Shown here piece by piece: positions 29,297 through 40,200 of a DNA stretch of 64,000 nucleotides (within the stretch, counting starts at the first letter, position 1; the number at the start of each line of letters is the position of its first letter). A program made the translations under genes and the position numbers. The stretch is taken from assembly GCA_910576795.1 (NCBI GenBank), contig CAJTIX010000004.1, forward strand, positions 647 through 64,646, written 5' to 3'. The notes under the pieces are model-generated. The model had not been told where the DNA came from and made no database searches. It saw only the letters and a list, made by a program, of their open reading frames with translations. This stretch comes from an uncultured Bacilli bacterium (lineage in GTDB: Bacteria > Bacillota_I > Bacilli_A > RF39 > UBA660).

Positions 29297-30307
29297 ATGA
29301 AAAAGAATAAAGCAATTATTTTGTTTGGTTTGTTAGATATACTCGCACTCATATTTTTATTTTTCACCTATGGTCCAATCTCTTATTTTCGTGATTTATG
29401 GATTACAACATCAATGACCACCATGAACCATAGATATTTAGCGCACGTTCTTTATAGTGATAAAACAATATACCAGGTGTTGAGTGAAAATTATTTAAAA
29501 GAAGTTGAAGAAAACACAGATACGAGTCAAATTGATTTCAGTGAAATAAAAGAACAAGAACACTATGAATCTATTTATGAGGAACAGGTTCTAAAAAAAG
29601 AAGAAGGTAATGATCTTTATAAAGTAGTACCACTTTCTGGAAGTGGATATAAAGGACATATGGTTGTAATTTATGACCCAAGTAGAGTGGAATTAGCGAT
29701 TGCGGAACATCTAGGTACCAATGGTGAAGTGTTAACGAAGATGTCAAAGCGACTATCTTTTCAAGTGGGAATCAATGCAGGTGGCTTTGCGGATGCGGGA
29801 GGAGTCGGAAGTGGTGGCATTCCAACTGGTACAGTCATTCATAATGGACAAATTATATACCGTGGTCCAGAAACAGGTTGGACTGGGGGATTAATTGGGT
29901 TTACTAACGATCATGTGTTGATGTTAACAAAAGATAGCCCTGAAGTTGCGATACAAAATGGAATGCGTGATGCGGTTGAATTTGGGCCATTCTTAATTGT
30001 CAATGGAAAACGTGCGATTGCCCGTGGAAATGGAGGCTGGGGTGTTTCTTCTAGAACAGTCATTGCCCAACGCCAAGATGGAATTGTATTATTTTTTGTC
30101 ATTGATGGTAGACAACCTGGACATAGTATTGGAATTAATATGGTGGATTTAACCAATTTGTTGGTGCGTTATAAAGCGTATAATGCAGCCAATTTAGATG
30201 GTGGTGCTTCTACTGATTTGGTGATTAATCAACAACTCATTAATAAACCATGTGGAATTGGTGGAAATGGGGAAAGAAGATTACCAAATGCATGGATTGT
30301 GAAATAG
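29297..30307 (+). CDS. Phosphodiester glycosidase family protein (DUF2233/NAGPA-like), membrane-anchored.
   Basis: It has an N-terminal TM helix. GGFADAGG ... FGPFLIVNG ... NLDGGAS is typical of DUF2233. Confidence 0.6.
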   Translation: MKKNKAIILFGLLDILALIFLFFTYGPISYFRDLWITTSMTTMNHRYLAHVLYSDKTIYQVLSENYLKEVEENTDTSQIDFSEIKEQEHYESIYEEQVLKKEEGNDLYKVVPLSGSGYKGHMVVIYDPSRVELAIAEHLGTNGEVLTKMSKRLSFQVGINAGGFADAGGVGSGGIPTGTVIHNGQIIYRGPETGWTGGLIGFTNDHVLMLTKDSPEVAIQNGMRDAVEFGPFLIVNGKRAIARGNGGWGVSSRTVIAQRQDGIVLFFVIDGRQPGHSIGINMVDLTNLLVRYKAYNAANLDGGASTDLVINQQLINKPCGIGGNGERRLPNAWIVK

Positions 30308-30377
30308 ACGTAATTGTCTATTTTTTGATACTGTTTTGTTCTCTTTTTGCATATCGTTTATTGAGGGGGTAGGTTGT

Positions 30378-31454
30378 GTGTTGAAAGGAAAGTATTCAAA
30401 ATTAGTAATCTTTATTGCAGTTCTTTTGGTGGTCATTCTTTTATTCTTTTTTCTAAAACCACGACATAAGGAAAAGAATGATCGTACTTGTTATCCACAA
30501 ATTATTTTAAAGGGCAATAAGATCGTTTCTGTTTCTGTTGGAGAGGATTATCAAGAACTTGGATATGAATTAAAAGATAGTTGTGGTGAAAATTTAGAAA
30601 ATAGACTGGAAATTCAAAGTGATTTGAAAAGTGATCAACCAGGTACTTATGAAATACTTTATAAAGTAAGCAATCAATATGGTAATTTTGTGGAGGAAAA
30701 ACGATATGTAACGGTAAAAGCGGTATCACAACTTTCTTATCAAGATGCGTATGATAATATTGATAATAAAGTACATGGTTGGGGAATTCCAAATAAAAAG
30801 GATGGAGCAAGACCTGTAGAGGCGGGAAGTGTAAGAGAAAACTTACTACAATATAATGCTTATTTAATTGGAAATGATGAGAAAAAACTATATTTGACAT
30901 TTGATGAAGGAAGCAATGATACTTATTTGGAACAAATTGTAGATGTATTAAATGCGAATGATGTAAAAGCAACTTTCTTTTTCTGTAGGAGGTATATATT
31001 GGATCATCCTGATTTGATGAAAAAACTAGTAGAAACAGGCCATTCGGTTGGGAATCATACGGCTAACCATTATCAAATGTCAAAGTATGCGACTAGGGAA
31101 GGAATTTCTAAATATTTAAGTGAAATTACAGCTGTAGAAGAGGCATTTGAACAAGTAACTGGTACTTCAATGGACCGTATATACCGAGAACCAAAGGGTG
31201 AATATAGTTATCGTAGTTTACAGATTATGAAAGATTTAGGATATAAGACTTATTTTTGGAGTGTTGCTTATTTGGATTATGCAGATGATGTCAGTAAAGA
31301 AAAAGCTTTACAAGAACTCACCTCTAGAGTTCATAATGGAGCTATTTATTTGATCCATCCTAAAAATAAAGGGAATTATGAAGCAATGGATGATTTTATT
31401 AAGACAATGAAGCAACAAGGTTATACATTCGATTTGGTGAAAAATATTCAATAA
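30378..31454 (+). CDS. Polysaccharide deacetylase (NodB-homology domain) with an N-terminal TM anchor.
   Basis: LTFDEGSND ... GHSVGNHTANH are NodB motifs. The start is uncertain, either GTG 30378 or TTG 30381, after a GAGGGGG RBS. Confidence 0.7.
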   Translation: MLKGKYSKLVIFIAVLLVVILLFFFLKPRHKEKNDRTCYPQIILKGNKIVSVSVGEDYQELGYELKDSCGENLENRLEIQSDLKSDQPGTYEILYKVSNQYGNFVEEKRYVTVKAVSQLSYQDAYDNIDNKVHGWGIPNKKDGARPVEAGSVRENLLQYNAYLIGNDEKKLYLTFDEGSNDTYLEQIVDVLNANDVKATFFFCRRYILDHPDLMKKLVETGHSVGNHTANHYQMSKYATREGISKYLSEITAVEEAFEQVTGTSMDRIYREPKGEYSYRSLQIMKDLGYKTYFWSVAYLDYADDVSKEKALQELTSRVHNGAIYLIHPKNKGNYEAMDDFIKTMKQQGYTFDLVKNIQ

Positions 31455-31599
31455 AAGAAAAAACGATTCATAGAATAATCTTTGAGTCGTTTTTAAATTG
31501 TTTCAATACGATTGTATTCTAAAAGAATATTCCCCAAAATCTAAAAAAATGTTTTTTTGGGGAATAAAATACGATATAATATAAATACAAGGAGAACTT

Positions 31600-31929
31600 G
31601 TGAAAATAAAATTAGATGATGTAATTGATGTATTGGAATTTATTAATGATGGTATAGATTCAAGTGCTTATTATAATGATAAAACAAATGAATTTATTTA
31701 TATTGATGAATATTCAGATATGAATGGTGATGAAAAAGACAATGTTTATGATACTTGCATAGGTCTTCCAACAAAATATTACATTAATGAATATGAAATG
31801 ATGGAAGAATTTATAGAAGCGATAGAAGATACTAGATTATATAATCAATTACAAATAGCAGTTAGTGGTAAAGGTGCTTTTAGAAGATTTAAAGATACTT
31901 GTATAAATTTTGATATCGCACATGATTGA
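31600..31929 (+). CDS. Small acidic hypothetical protein (109 aa).
   Basis: It is an ORF with an AAGGAGAA RBS and is the first gene of the accessory block. Confidence 0.4.
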   Translation: MKIKLDDVIDVLEFINDGIDSSAYYNDKTNEFIYIDEYSDMNGDEKDNVYDTCIGLPTKYYINEYEMMEEFIEAIEDTRLYNQLQIAVSGKGAFRRFKDTCINFDIAHD

Positions 31930-32015
31930 TATAAGTTTAGAGATGATAAATATAAAGAAATCGCCATAGATTGGTGTAATAAAAATAATATTGAATTTGT
32001 AAAGGAGGTTAAAAA

Positions 32016-32615
32016 ATGAATGAAGTATTAATTTTTAGAATTGGAATAGAAGGGTTAGAAAATAAAATTTGGAGAGAAATTGAAATTCCTAGTAGAAGAA
32101 CTGTTGCAGATTTTGCATATACAATTCTTGCATCATTTAATTCTCTTGCATATCATCTATATGATATAACTTACAAAAATAAGGTATACGATTGTTGGAT
32201 TTGTATTGATGATGATCATAGAGATATTGAATTGGTGAATGCTAATATTACGAAATTAAGCGATTTAAAATTAAAGAAAAAAGATACTATGGAAATGGAA
32301 TATGACACAGGATCAACAACTACATTTCATATTACTTATATAGGTTCAAGAAAATTAAAAAATGATAGAGAACAAGTGTTATATCCACTTGTAACAGCTG
32401 GTGAAGGATTAGGAATGCTTGATGATATGTGTGATTTTGATTTAAAGGACATTGTTGAAGATACGGATCAATTAGGTTATTCCAATCATTATTTTACTCC
32501 CGGATATGAAACAACAAAAAAATATGACTATAGAAAGTATAATATCAAAAAAGATAACAAAGAATTAAAAGGAAAAATATTAGCCATCAAAAATGGGTAT
32601 GAAGTAGGTGATTAA
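32016..32615 (+). CDS. Plasmid pRiA4b ORF-3-like (PF07929-like) domain protein.
   Basis: KIWREIEIPSRRTVADFAYTILASFNSLAYHLYDI fits the IWR ... IP ... L ... FGW ... HL pattern. An AAGGAGG RBS is present. Confidence 0.5.
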   Translation: MNEVLIFRIGIEGLENKIWREIEIPSRRTVADFAYTILASFNSLAYHLYDITYKNKVYDCWICIDDDHRDIELVNANITKLSDLKLKKKDTMEMEYDTGSTTTFHITYIGSRKLKNDREQVLYPLVTAGEGLGMLDDMCDFDLKDIVEDTDQLGYSNHYFTPGYETTKKYDYRKYNIKKDNKELKGKILAIKNGYEVGD

Positions 32616-32946
32616 TTTGGATGAACTAACTAAATTACTATTGAAAGATAAAACACCAATTTGCATTCAGAGGATTTAATTGTTAAAGAGTTGTTTGCTA
32701 AAGAAAATTAATCTATTGCCTTTTTATTTTTGTTTTGGTATATAATATTTATGCAGGGAAAAAGTATTTACACTTTTGCATGGGCACTGTCTGAATTGAT
32801 AGGGCCCTATTTTTTCTTTTATGGAGTATTGTTTAATAGAGATTTTATATCTTCTGCTTTTTCAATCAATATGTTTTTTATAAATTTTTCGCAAATAGTC
32901 AAAATTTTTCAAGTTTCGTGATATACTGAATACAAGAGGTGTAATT

Positions 32947-33261
32947 ATGGAAGAATTAACTGAAAAAATAAGAAAATTCGCAGAAGAAAGAGATTGGTTA
33001 CAATTTAATACTCCAGAAAATCTTGCTAAATCAATTGCTATTGAAGCTGCGGAATTACTAGAATGCTTTCAATGGAATAATAATTATAATAAGGATGAAT
33101 TAAAATATGAAATAGCAGATGTAATGAACTACTGCATATTATTATGCTCACAAATAGGTGTCGATCCAAAAAAAATAATTCTTGAAAAAATGAATATATC
33201 TGCTAAAAAATATCCAATAGAAAAGGCAAAAGGGGTTAGCACAAAGTATACTAAATTGTAG
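32947..33261 (+). CDS. MazG-like nucleotide pyrophosphohydrolase, a small all-alpha NTP-PPase.
   Basis: FAEERDW ... ENLAKSIAIEAAELLECFQW ... EIADVMNY is the MazG/NTP-PPase helix pair with the EExxE motif. Confidence 0.7.
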   Translation: MEELTEKIRKFAEERDWLQFNTPENLAKSIAIEAAELLECFQWNNNYNKDELKYEIADVMNYCILLCSQIGVDPKKIILEKMNISAKKYPIEKAKGVSTKYTKL

Positions 33262-33280
33262 TTTTAAGGAGATGTTTATC

Positions 33281-35056
33281 ATGGAATTAGCCAATCCTAT
33301 TATTAAAAAAATAGAAGATAGTGAGTTGGGATTAAATAAATTTGAATTAGAAATAAATGCTTGTAAAAATAAAAATGAGAAAAAAGTAATAAAAGATTAT
33401 CCAACTGTATATATTCATACATGGAAAAGAAAAGAGGTCTATGAGGTATATATAGGGGAATCCAATGATATATTTGAGAGAACAAGAGAGCATTATAGAA
33501 ATAGAAAAGTTCAAGGAAAATGGCAGAAAAATTTAAGATTAAAGGATACTGATTTATATGTGATAGGACATGAACATTTTAATAAATCATTAACACTTGA
33601 TGTTGAAAACAGATTAATGCATTATTTGACTGGTGTTGAAAATGTTAGAAAGGTCCATAATGCGAGGGGAAATCCCCAAAATCAATACTACACATCCAAT
33701 GAATTTGATCAAATATTTCATAAAATATGGTTAAAATTAGGAGGATATAATAACGAACTATTTCCTTTAGAGAGTAAAATAATTGATTCTGCAATCTTCA
33801 AGGCTTCCCCATTACATAAATTGACAAAGAAACAACAAGCTGTAAAAGAATTAATAGTAAGTAAAGTGATAGAATCATCATTGACTAATAAGACTGGCCA
33901 ATTAATATTTGTAGAAGGAGAGGCTGGTACTGGTAAAACGGTATTAAATAGCAGTACTTTTTATGAATTATGTTGTATGAGTGAAACATCTGTTGAAAAT
34001 GATATTAACCCTATTACTAAACCATTAAAATGTTGCCTAATTGTTAACCATAAAGAACAGAGAAGTGTATACCGACAAATATTCAAGAAATTATGTATTG
34101 AAAATGGAGATTTAGTTTATTCACCAACTACTTTTATTCATAAATATGATGTTAATCATCCTATAGATGTAGTATTTGTAGATGAAGCACATTTATTGTT
34201 AACGCAAGGCAAACAATCATACACGGGAAAAAACCAATTACAAGATATTTTAAATAGAGCAAAGGTTACAATTATAATGTTTGATACGAATCAAATTTTA
34301 ACTGCTGAACAATATTGGGAATATAAACTTTTAGAAAAGTATAGGAAAATGGCACAAGATAACAATAATCACATTGTTCTTACAGAACAATTAAGAATTC
34401 ATGCGAACGATAAAGTGATTAAATGGATTGATGACTTTACGAAAAAAGGGATTGTTAATAAATTACCGAAAAAACTAGGAAATTATGATATTGAAATATT
34501 TGATACGCCAAAACTTTTGGAGAATAAAATAAAAGAAAAAGCAAAAAATAAAAATTCAAAATTATCTAGGCTAGTTGCAACATATGATTGGAAGTATAGT
34601 TCTTCACATACAAATAATGGAAAACCTTGGGAGGTAACTATAGATAAGTGGCATAGGTCATGGAATTATGAAGTTGCAAAGAACTTTAGTAGAAACGAAA
34701 ACAAAGGAATTAAAGATAAATCTTGGGCTGAACAAGATCATACAATTAATGAGGTTGGTTCAATATTTACAATTCAAGGTTTTGACTTAAATTATGTTGG
34801 AGTAATTATAGGACCATCGGTAAAATATCGAAATAACAAAATCATCTATTGCCCTGAATTTAGTTGTCATGAAAAAGCTGTCCAAAATAGGAAATTATCC
34901 GATGGTACCTATAAAAATTTTGGAGAACTATTAATAAGAAATCAATTGAGAATATTAATGACAAGGGGTGTTAATGGTTTATATATTTATGCATGTGATG
35001 AAGGATTAAGAGAACATTTAAAAAAATGTGCTGAAAAAAGGTATGTATGTGAATAA
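33281..35056 (+). CDS. GIY-YIG-like N-terminal domain fused to a DUF2075/Schlafen-like P-loop ATPase (helicase-like). It is a candidate defense protein.
   Basis: VYIHTWKRKEVYEVYIGESNDIFERTREH is GIY-YIG-like. The Walker A is VEGEAGTGKTV and the Walker B is VVFVDEAHLL. The C-terminal MTRGVNGLYIY is typical of DUF2075. It lies 19 nt downstream of the MazG-like stop with its own AAGGAG RBS. Confidence 0.65.
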   Translation: MELANPIIKKIEDSELGLNKFELEINACKNKNEKKVIKDYPTVYIHTWKRKEVYEVYIGESNDIFERTREHYRNRKVQGKWQKNLRLKDTDLYVIGHEHFNKSLTLDVENRLMHYLTGVENVRKVHNARGNPQNQYYTSNEFDQIFHKIWLKLGGYNNELFPLESKIIDSAIFKASPLHKLTKKQQAVKELIVSKVIESSLTNKTGQLIFVEGEAGTGKTVLNSSTFYELCCMSETSVENDINPITKPLKCCLIVNHKEQRSVYRQIFKKLCIENGDLVYSPTTFIHKYDVNHPIDVVFVDEAHLLLTQGKQSYTGKNQLQDILNRAKVTIIMFDTNQILTAEQYWEYKLLEKYRKMAQDNNNHIVLTEQLRIHANDKVIKWIDDFTKKGIVNKLPKKLGNYDIEIFDTPKLLENKIKEKAKNKNSKLSRLVATYDWKYSSSHTNNGKPWEVTIDKWHRSWNYEVAKNFSRNENKGIKDKSWAEQDHTINEVGSIFTIQGFDLNYVGVIIGPSVKYRNNKIIYCPEFSCHEKAVQNRKLSDGTYKNFGELLIRNQLRILMTRGVNGLYIYACDEGLREHLKKCAEKRYVCE

Positions 35057-35074
35057 ATTTATTATAAACAAGCA

Positions 35075-35104
35075 AAAGATACATTTTAATGAGTATCTTT
35101 TTTG
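35075..35104 (+). terminator. Intrinsic terminator after the DUF2075 gene.
   Basis: aaagatacattttaatgagtatcttttttgg. Confidence 0.65.
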
Positions 35105-35224
35105 GTTTCTGTAGAATTTGGCATAATATCATGGACAAAATTGGTATTTAGTTTTCTTGTTAAGATTTAAAATATATTAAAGAATAAGTGTTGTTGCATT
35201 TATTTGTAATTGAATTGGTAAAAT

Positions 35225-35253
35225 TTGACAACAATAAGATTTGACTTTATAAT
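35225..35253 (+). promoter_or_regulatory. Consensus sigma-A promoter of the jet operon: TTGACA-17-TATAAT.
   Basis: TTGACAacaataagatttgacttTATAAT lies 25 nt upstream of the jetA RBS. Confidence 0.7.
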
Positions 35254-35277
35254 AGCGCATAAAAAAGGGGTGAAATA

Positions 35278-36636
35278 ATGTTTAATTTGTTTGATTTGAT
35301 ACCTATGAATTTTTTTAATATATTTGTAGGAGCCAATAGAGTTATTTATGCAGATATCTTATTTATTCTTTTTGCAAAAATGAAATCTATGAATAGTTAT
35401 ACAATGTATAAAGAAGAATTTATTGACATTATTGAAAACTATTTAATTAGTAACGCGATTGAAATAGAGGAATTAGATATAGAAAGTAAGAATCCTAGAA
35501 CTACGGCTACTGCGATTTTTAGAAAATTAAAAGAACTAGGCTGGATCGACGTAGAATATGATGCTGTGCAACAACAATTAGTTAATTTTGAGGACTATGC
35601 AATTTCTGTTTTAAATAATTTATTGGAACTTAGCAAAGATAGTACATTTGAATTAAGTAGTAAGGTATATAGTATGTATATGAATTTAAAAAATATAGAT
35701 CTTGAACGTGGATATTTGACAGTGTATACAGTTTATAAACAAGCACGCGATTTGATTGATAAATTGAAAAGTTTAAATTCGAATATTCGTAAATATATTA
35801 AGAAAATGATTCAATTAGATCAAAAAGATGAAGTACAATATTTGAATTGTGTTTTAAATCAACTATTTAGCGATTATAAAGAGAAGATTATCGATAAAGC
35901 TTATTACTATATGAAAACAAATGATAATCCCAGAAAGTATAAACAGGCGATTGAAAGCATATGTGAAAGGTTAAAATATGATGAGGCAAGCAGTAGGGAA
36001 CTGATAAATCAAATTATGACAAAAGATGAACTAGATGCAGATGAAGCCCTTAATAAATTAGAAGAAATGCTTAAATTTATAGAAGGCTCTTTTGATGAAG
36101 CAATTGATTTGATGCAGATAATTGATGAAAAAAATGCCAAATATATCAATGTTGCAATTGATAAAATCAAGATTATTTTAAATCATAATACTGATATTGA
36201 AGGACACTTATTACATATTTTGAAAAATTTTGATTTACTACAACCTGAAGATATAAATTCTCACTTTTTTGATAGAAGAAATATTATGCACAGTTCATTA
36301 TACACAATAAAAATGAGAAAAAAAGAGATTGAACCACAAGAATTAAAACAAAAAAATATCAATTATATGAAGGATCATTCTTTATCAATCTTGAAAGAAA
36401 ATGTAAAATACTGCAAGCGAAATATCCAAAAATATGTAATGCAAAAATTGGAAAAAAAAGATTCATTGACAATAGAAGATTTTAACATTTCATTAAAAGA
36501 AGAATTTATTAAATTATTGCTTATTATGATTTATGAAAGTGATAAAAGTTCTAATTATAGAGTGATATGGGATAAAGAAGAAATGAAAGCATATGGCTAT
36601 ACGACAAGACAATTTATAATAGAAAGGAAAAAATAA
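35278..36636 (+). CDS. jetA: Wadjet JetA / MksF-like (kleisin-like, DUF3375-like) subunit.
   Basis: It is 452 aa, the first gene of a 4-gene operon of 452/212/1058/395 aa with overlapping stops and starts. Its position and size match JetA. Confidence 0.7.
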   Translation: MFNLFDLIPMNFFNIFVGANRVIYADILFILFAKMKSMNSYTMYKEEFIDIIENYLISNAIEIEELDIESKNPRTTATAIFRKLKELGWIDVEYDAVQQQLVNFEDYAISVLNNLLELSKDSTFELSSKVYSMYMNLKNIDLERGYLTVYTVYKQARDLIDKLKSLNSNIRKYIKKMIQLDQKDEVQYLNCVLNQLFSDYKEKIIDKAYYYMKTNDNPRKYKQAIESICERLKYDEASSRELINQIMTKDELDADEALNKLEEMLKFIEGSFDEAIDLMQIIDEKNAKYINVAIDKIKIILNHNTDIEGHLLHILKNFDLLQPEDINSHFFDRRNIMHSSLYTIKMRKKEIEPQELKQKNINYMKDHSLSILKENVKYCKRNIQKYVMQKLEKKDSLTIEDFNISLKEEFIKLLLIMIYESDKSSNYRVIWDKEEMKAYGYTTRQFIIERKK

Positions 36637-36637
36637 T

Positions 36638-37276
36638 ATGGAAGAAATTTTAGAAGCATTTATGCATGATTATAAATTATTAAGCGAGAAAGAAAAAGAA
36701 AAATTTGCCGAAATTGTAAACAAATTACTAAATATAAATTATATGACAAGTCATAAAGCGGAGGACACATTAAACTATCAATTTATTGAAAATCATATAG
36801 ATTGCTTTAAAAATTACTTTAATATTGTGCATATAGAATTGTGTTTATATAAACAAACTAAAACAATTGTTTTGAAGACAGAATATATGAACAAATTGAA
36901 TTTGAATAAACTGCAAAGTATTATTTTGTTGATTATAAGGCTTTTGTATTCACAGAAATTGAAAGAAATTAGTATATTAAATGATGTAATTATAAACGTT
37001 GGCGAAATTCGAAATAAATATGAAAATATAGGATTTGTAGGAGAAGAAAAATTAAATGTGGTAAAATTAAAAGACTGTCTTCAAATTTTTAAAAAATACA
37101 ATTTAGTGAATTATAGAGGACAAAATATTTACGAGGATGACTTTGCAATTACTGTATATCCAACCATACAGTATGCAGTTTCTATTGATAATATTGAAGT
37201 GTTAGTTCAAAAAATTAATTGTTATAAAGAAAAGAGTGACCAAAATGAAGAAATTAACGAAGATCAAATTGATTAA
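36638..37276 (+). CDS. jetB: Wadjet JetB / MksE-like subunit.
   Basis: It is 212 aa and sits between the jetA and jetC homologues. Confidence 0.7.
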   Translation: MEEILEAFMHDYKLLSEKEKEKFAEIVNKLLNINYMTSHKAEDTLNYQFIENHIDCFKNYFNIVHIELCLYKQTKTIVLKTEYMNKLNLNKLQSIILLIIRLLYSQKLKEISILNDVIINVGEIRNKYENIGFVGEEKLNVVKLKDCLQIFKKYNLVNYRGQNIYEDDFAITVYPTIQYAVSIDNIEVLVQKINCYKEKSDQNEEINEDQID

Positions 37277-40200
37277 TTGGTATACCTTTGAAAATGAAAC
37301 AATTGACTTATATGGGAATTGTCTAATTTCGGGAGCGAATGGAAGTGGCAAATCTACTTTATTAGATGCCATACAATTTATATTAACCGCTGGTGGAACA
37401 CAGTTTAATAAAGCAGCAGATGAGAAAAGTAAGAGAAATCTAGAAAGCTATGTAAGAGGAAAAATAGGAACTGCCAATAAAGAGTATTTAAGAAATGGTG
37501 ATGTAACATCTTATGTTGCTTTACAATTCCATGATTATGAAACGAAAACAAAAGATATAATTGGAGCTTGTATTGAAGTTTCATCTGGATTTAAACCTAA
37601 AAGGATATTTTTTAGAATTTCAAGTATGGACATAAACGATGAAATCTTTATCGAAAAGAATAAACCGAAAACAATGGTAGAATTTAGAAGGGTACAATCT
37701 ATTGAAATATTTGAAACAAAAGGTGAAATCAAACAAATGATACGAGCTATTTTGGGTGTTTGCAGTGATAAATACTTCGAATTAATTCCAAGAGCCTTGG
37801 CATTTAAACCAATTGATGAAAATCTAGATAATTTTGTCAATGATGTATTACTTTCTGAAAAGGAAATTGATTTACATAGTCTTCAACAAAATATTCAAAA
37901 TCTAACGGAACTACAGGAAATTATTAAGAATGAAGAGAATAAGATAAAAGAATTGGAAAAATTAGAAAAAGATTATGAAAGTTATAAGAATTGTTTATCG
38001 CAAAAGAAATTTTACGATTGGGCTAAACTACAATTTCAGATATTAAGTAGACAAGAGATAATTCAAAAATTAGAAGCTATGATTCATAATTTAGAAGCTC
38101 AACATACTGATAAAACAAAAAATATTGAATTAGAAGAAATATCCCTTGCTTCTTTAGAACAAGATATTGATAATTATAAAAAATCCAATGAAAGCAATTC
38201 TGATTTTAACATACAGGATCAACTCCAGAAAGATATTTTGAAATTAAAGGAGCAACATGAGAATTTCAAAAAGGAATATAAAATGTATCAAAATTATTTT
38301 GAGAAAGAAATAAAAATTGCTCAAAATATAAAGTGTCATATTTTAGAAAAGGTAGAACTAAATCAAATTGAAGCATTAAATAAATGTCTTTATGAATATA
38401 AAAAATATGTAGAAAGTAAGAAAAGGGAATTTCAAACGAATTACCATCAATATGAGGATAGAGAAAAGGAAGTTTCTGATAAAATTAATATTTGTGATCA
38501 AAAATTAGAAAGGTTACATAAAAAGCAAATGCCATATGAACCCCATATTATTTGTTTACAAGATGAAATTAAAGTATACTTGAGTGAAAAATATAATATT
38601 AATGTTGAAGTGAGACCATTATGTGAATATATTGACATTACAGATGAAAAGTGGCGAGATGCAATAGAGGGGTACTTGAATACACAACGTTTTGATTTAA
38701 TTGTGGAACCACAATATTTTGATGATGCTTTAAATGTATATGAATCTATCAAAAAAGAAAAGAAAATTTATGGTGTTGGTTTAGTAAATGTTAAAAAATT
38801 AGATTTAGAGGATATAATAGAAAATACATTGGCTACAAAAATTAAATCGAATTATAATTATGCCTATTTATATGCAATTAAAATATTAAATAAGGTCGTA
38901 TGTTGTGAAGATATTAATATGCTAAAAAGTTATAATAATGCCATTACACCCACCTGTATGGCTTATAGAAATCATGTCGCAAGACAGATCAATCCAAATG
39001 TTTATCAGGATTATTACATTGGTACGCAAGCGTATGAAAAGCAATTATCAAAATATACAAAAGTCCAAAAAGAATATAATACATTATTACAGAATATACA
39101 ATCTACAATGAAAAATTACAATAATCAATTATTACAAATACAGGAAAGTAGAATAGATGAGTTATTACGAGATATCACCGTATTGAAACGATATAATAGA
39201 GTGAACGAAGAAATGAATCAAAAACAAGATGACTTAAATAAGATGCAAACAGATGGTCTAGTGTATGATATGATGCAAAAATTAAATGAATTGTATGCAA
39301 AATATGAAACTAAAAAGAAAGAAATAAATCAAATAAAAGATGAAAAAAGAAAACTAGAACTCCAGATTGATGAAAATAATGAAAAGTTAGACATGTTGTA
39401 TAAAGAATTAACTACTATCAAAGACAGTGTTACAGAAAAAGAAGTAGACTATGAAGAAAAAATCAAAAAAATATCATATTCACAAATTGATAATTTGTAT
39501 TCTAAAAATGAAATCATATTAATGCAACTTCAAACTTCTATTGAAAGTTTACAAAGTAAATATAATGAGCAATATGAATATGATGAAATTCCTTCTATTG
39601 ACACTGTCCAAAAATATATTACTACGTTATATCAAATTAGAGAAAAAGACATTGTCAAATATAAAGCAGATAGTGTAAATTTTCAAACGCAGTGTCGAAA
39701 CAGTTTTGAAGAAGATTTTATTAGTCATTTAAGAAATAATATTATTAGTGCACAAGGAGAACTCAAAGAATTAAATAGAGCACTAAAAAATAAAAGATTT
39801 GGTCAAGATGGTGAAAAATATGAATTTGTGTTTGAACAGAGTGATGATCCTGAATTAGCAAAATATTATGAGATTATTATGAGTGGAAAAGATTATACAG
39901 TGCATAGTTTATTTGATGAAACTTTAACTCAGGATCAAAAAGAACAAATGGAAGAATTATTTAGAAAACTTACGACTCCATCTGAATATGTATCTACTTG
40001 TCATTATACGGATTATAGAAAATATATGTCTTATGACATAAGGGTAACAAAAAATAATGGGGATTCTTATAAGCTTTCTCATGTTGTAAGAGAAAAAAGT
40101 GGGGGAGAAACACAAACGCCGTTTTACTTCATTATTGCATCCTCTTTTGAGCAACTTTTAAAGTCGGGAATACGTAAAGGGTCTATTGGATGTGTCGTAT

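Noticed and set aside
31527-31557. The palindrome ccccaaaatctaaaaaaatgtttttttgggg as a transposon terminal inverted repeat.
   Set aside because: It is a single short hairpin with no partner copy and no transposase. It is more likely a terminator or operator at the island edge.
32730-32921. ORF-track CDS (63 aa).
   Set aside because: It sits in an AT-rich intergenic region and has no SD. It more likely covers the promoter region for the MazG-like gene.
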